57,165 nucleotides of DNA. Source: a virus. Its lineage: Duplodnaviria; Caudoviricetes. The stretch lies in the IMG/VR virus record IMGVR_UViG_3300032087_006388, positions 1-57,165 of that record, one strand, 5' to 3'. How positions within the stretch are numbered: the stretch's first letter is position 1; every line of letters starts with the position of its first letter. The notes under the pieces were generated by a model. The model did not search any database and was not told the DNA's origin. It saw nothing but the letters and a program-made list of their open reading frames with translations. The translations under genes were made by a program, and so were the position numbers. This document shows positions 55,534 to 57,165 of this stretch, piece by piece.

Positions 55534-56613
55534 ATGAATATTACACTTAAAAGAACCGAAGAGCAAGTAGAGTTGGTTAAAGCTATGGCTTCCCGCGACC
55601 GCGACGTCGCTTATGAGGCACAACAAGCACTGGCCGCATTTATCGGACCAGTACTTGCTGAAGTTATTGACCAAGCTCCAACAATTAGTAATCTTTTCAC
55701 CTCGTTCAGTTTTGCTGCAGACGACAATCCAAGCATTCCTTTGGATCTGTACTATGACGTAACTGATGACGAGTACATCAAGGTTTACACAACCAATCGT
55801 CCTGGCGGATTGCCCTCCAGTCATGTAACTCCAACACATAGCGAAATGAAACTCGCCACTTACCGTTTGGAAAGTGCCGTTGATTTTGACAAACGCTATG
55901 CTTCTCGTTCCCGACTTGATGTGGTCAGCAAGACCATGACTCGTTTGGCTCAAGAAATTCTTCTTCAACAAGAAAGTGCTTCTGCAGGCTTGTTGTTTGG
56001 AACACTTGCGGATGCTGGCGCTACACACTTTTTAGATAGTGCAAATGCTGGAACTCTTACTCTTGACGATTTCAACAATCTTTTAACTCAAGCAAAACGC
56101 AACAATCCTGCATGGACAGGTGGCACACCCGAGCGTTCTCGTGGCATTACTGATCTGATTGTATCTCCAGAGGTCATTCAAAGCCTTCGTGAGCTCGCTT
56201 ACAATCCTATCAATACCAAGGGAGCTAATGATAGCACTGGTGCTGATACTTCAGGAGTAATTGCAGCAAATGATTCCCTACGTCAAGCATTGTTCTCTCA
56301 AGCTGGCATGCCTGAGTTCTATGGTGTTTCCCTTATGGAAATCTATGAACTTGGTAAGGGTCAAAAATACACTAATGTTGCTAAAAAGCTTATTGGCAGC
56401 AGCTTTACTCGTGATGATATTGTAGTGGGTCTCGACCGCTCTCGCGAATCTATGCTTCGTGCAGTTGCAGTTGACGCTGAGTCGGGCACAACCCTCACAG
56501 TTTCCGCTGACGATCAATATGTAACACGATCCAAGAAGATTGGTTACTACTGCGAACTTGAAGAAGGTCGTACAGTAATTAGTGATCGTGGATTGCTCGC
56601 TATGCAAGTATAA
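55534..56613 (+). CDS. major capsid protein
   Basis: 359 aa, canonical position, high-expression codon bias, DLIVSPE motif, strong terminator downstream. Confidence 0.82.
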   Translation: MNITLKRTEEQVELVKAMASRDRDVAYEAQQALAAFIGPVLAEVIDQAPTISNLFTSFSFAADDNPSIPLDLYYDVTDDEYIKVYTTNRPGGLPSSHVTPTHSEMKLATYRLESAVDFDKRYASRSRLDVVSKTMTRLAQEILLQQESASAGLLFGTLADAGATHFLDSANAGTLTLDDFNNLLTQAKRNNPAWTGGTPERSRGITDLIVSPEVIQSLRELAYNPINTKGANDSTGADTSGVIAANDSLRQALFSQAGMPEFYGVSLMEIYELGKGQKYTNVAKKLIGSSFTRDDIVVGLDRSRESMLRAVAVDAESGTTLTVSADDQYVTRSKKIGYYCELEEGRTVISDRGLLAMQV

Positions 56614-56640
56614 TTTATACTTTAAATTATATTTCTTTTC

Positions 56641-56668
56641 AAAAAATCCACCTTCGGGTGGATTTTTT
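56641..56668 (+). terminator. intrinsic terminator (could be bidirectional)
   Basis: AAAAAATCCACC-TTCG-GGTGGATTTTTT. Confidence 0.92.
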
Positions 56669-56718
56669 GTTTCTATAAATTACTATAAAAGTGTATTTAA
56701 AAATAAGGAGCAAATAAT

Positions 56719-57105
56719 ATGGCCAAGAAAAAAACAAAACAAATGAAATTGGAGGAACTAGAGTTTATGGACGGAAAAAATCATGATGAAAGTAATCATC
56801 AACTTGCGAAAGATATAGAAGACTTGTTAATGCCAGATACAAATCCATTTGGAACAAATTCAATGGAAGATCTGGAAAGCATGCTAGAAGGCATGAATTT
56901 AAGGCAAGTACAAGAAGTTGCTGTAAAAGCTAGTGTATTTCCATCTGGAAATAAAACCTCTTTAAAAAACAAAATTAAAAAAGAGTTTAAGATGAAATAT
57001 CTCACTAAAGATGGAGGTAGACGCAATTATGCAACCTCTGAAAGTCCAGTAGTGAAAGATAAAATTTTAGCTGAAGAGATTTCAAATATACTTAATGGGC
57101 GATGA
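56719..57105 (+). CDS. hypothetical late protein
   Basis: 128 aa, SD AAGGAG, GTGTA at 56691. Confidence 0.8.
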   Translation: MAKKKTKQMKLEELEFMDGKNHDESNHQLAKDIEDLLMPDTNPFGTNSMEDLESMLEGMNLRQVQEVAVKASVFPSGNKTSLKNKIKKEFKMKYLTKDGGRRNYATSESPVVKDKILAEEISNILNGR

Positions 57106-57165
57106 CCTACCAATTCGATTCCTCTATAAATGAATATGGGAATCTGGCTTCTGGAATATTTCTAT
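57102..57165 (+). CDS. 5' fragment of next gene (possibly head completion)
   Basis: ATGA overlap; MTYQFDSSINEYGNLASGIFY open to window end. Confidence 0.55.
   Translation, partial: MTYQFDSSINEYGNLASGIFL

Noticed and set aside
53433-56607. Long minus-strand ORFs (249 aa, 209 aa and others) opposite head genes
   Set aside because: antisense shadows of biased codon usage; S/F-rich with no motifs
1-57165. Stop-codon reassignment, integrase, transposon, DGR or retron
   Set aside because: genes are intact and densely packed under the standard code; no reverse transcriptase, recombinase or transposase motifs seen

Overview
AT-rich (roughly 30% GC by eye) segment of a large tailed dsDNA phage genome, standard genetic code, host not determinable from this window. 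Three zones. (1) 1-16.4 kb: early/host-takeover-type region of about 50 small plus-strand ORFs, most with their own sigma70-type promoter; at least 14 have the ATG 34-36 nt from the -35 box, implying leaderless mRNAs. It also holds a SET-domain protein, two DUF932 paralogues, a GP88-like protein, a tRNA(CAU), a ~300-nt structured ncRNA, a tRNA-like RNA, two H-type pseudoknots, twin 18-aa hydrophobic peptides, DnaA boxes and paired palindromic operators. (2) 17.3-33.9 kb: mostly minus-strand operon (PhoH, membrane-anchored subtilisin, phage sigma factor, ZnF-ERCC4 nuclease, degenerate AdoMetDC, terminase large subunit) running directly into a sulfotransferase/glycosyltransferase cluster. (3) 33.9-57.2 kb: plus-strand late module with an 847-aa and a 4873-aa adhesin-like protein (the latter with an N-terminal trypsin-like protease), then portal, protease/scaffold, decoration and major capsid genes, marked by a GTGTA late-promoter motif. 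All calls come from manual motif reading; no searches were run.
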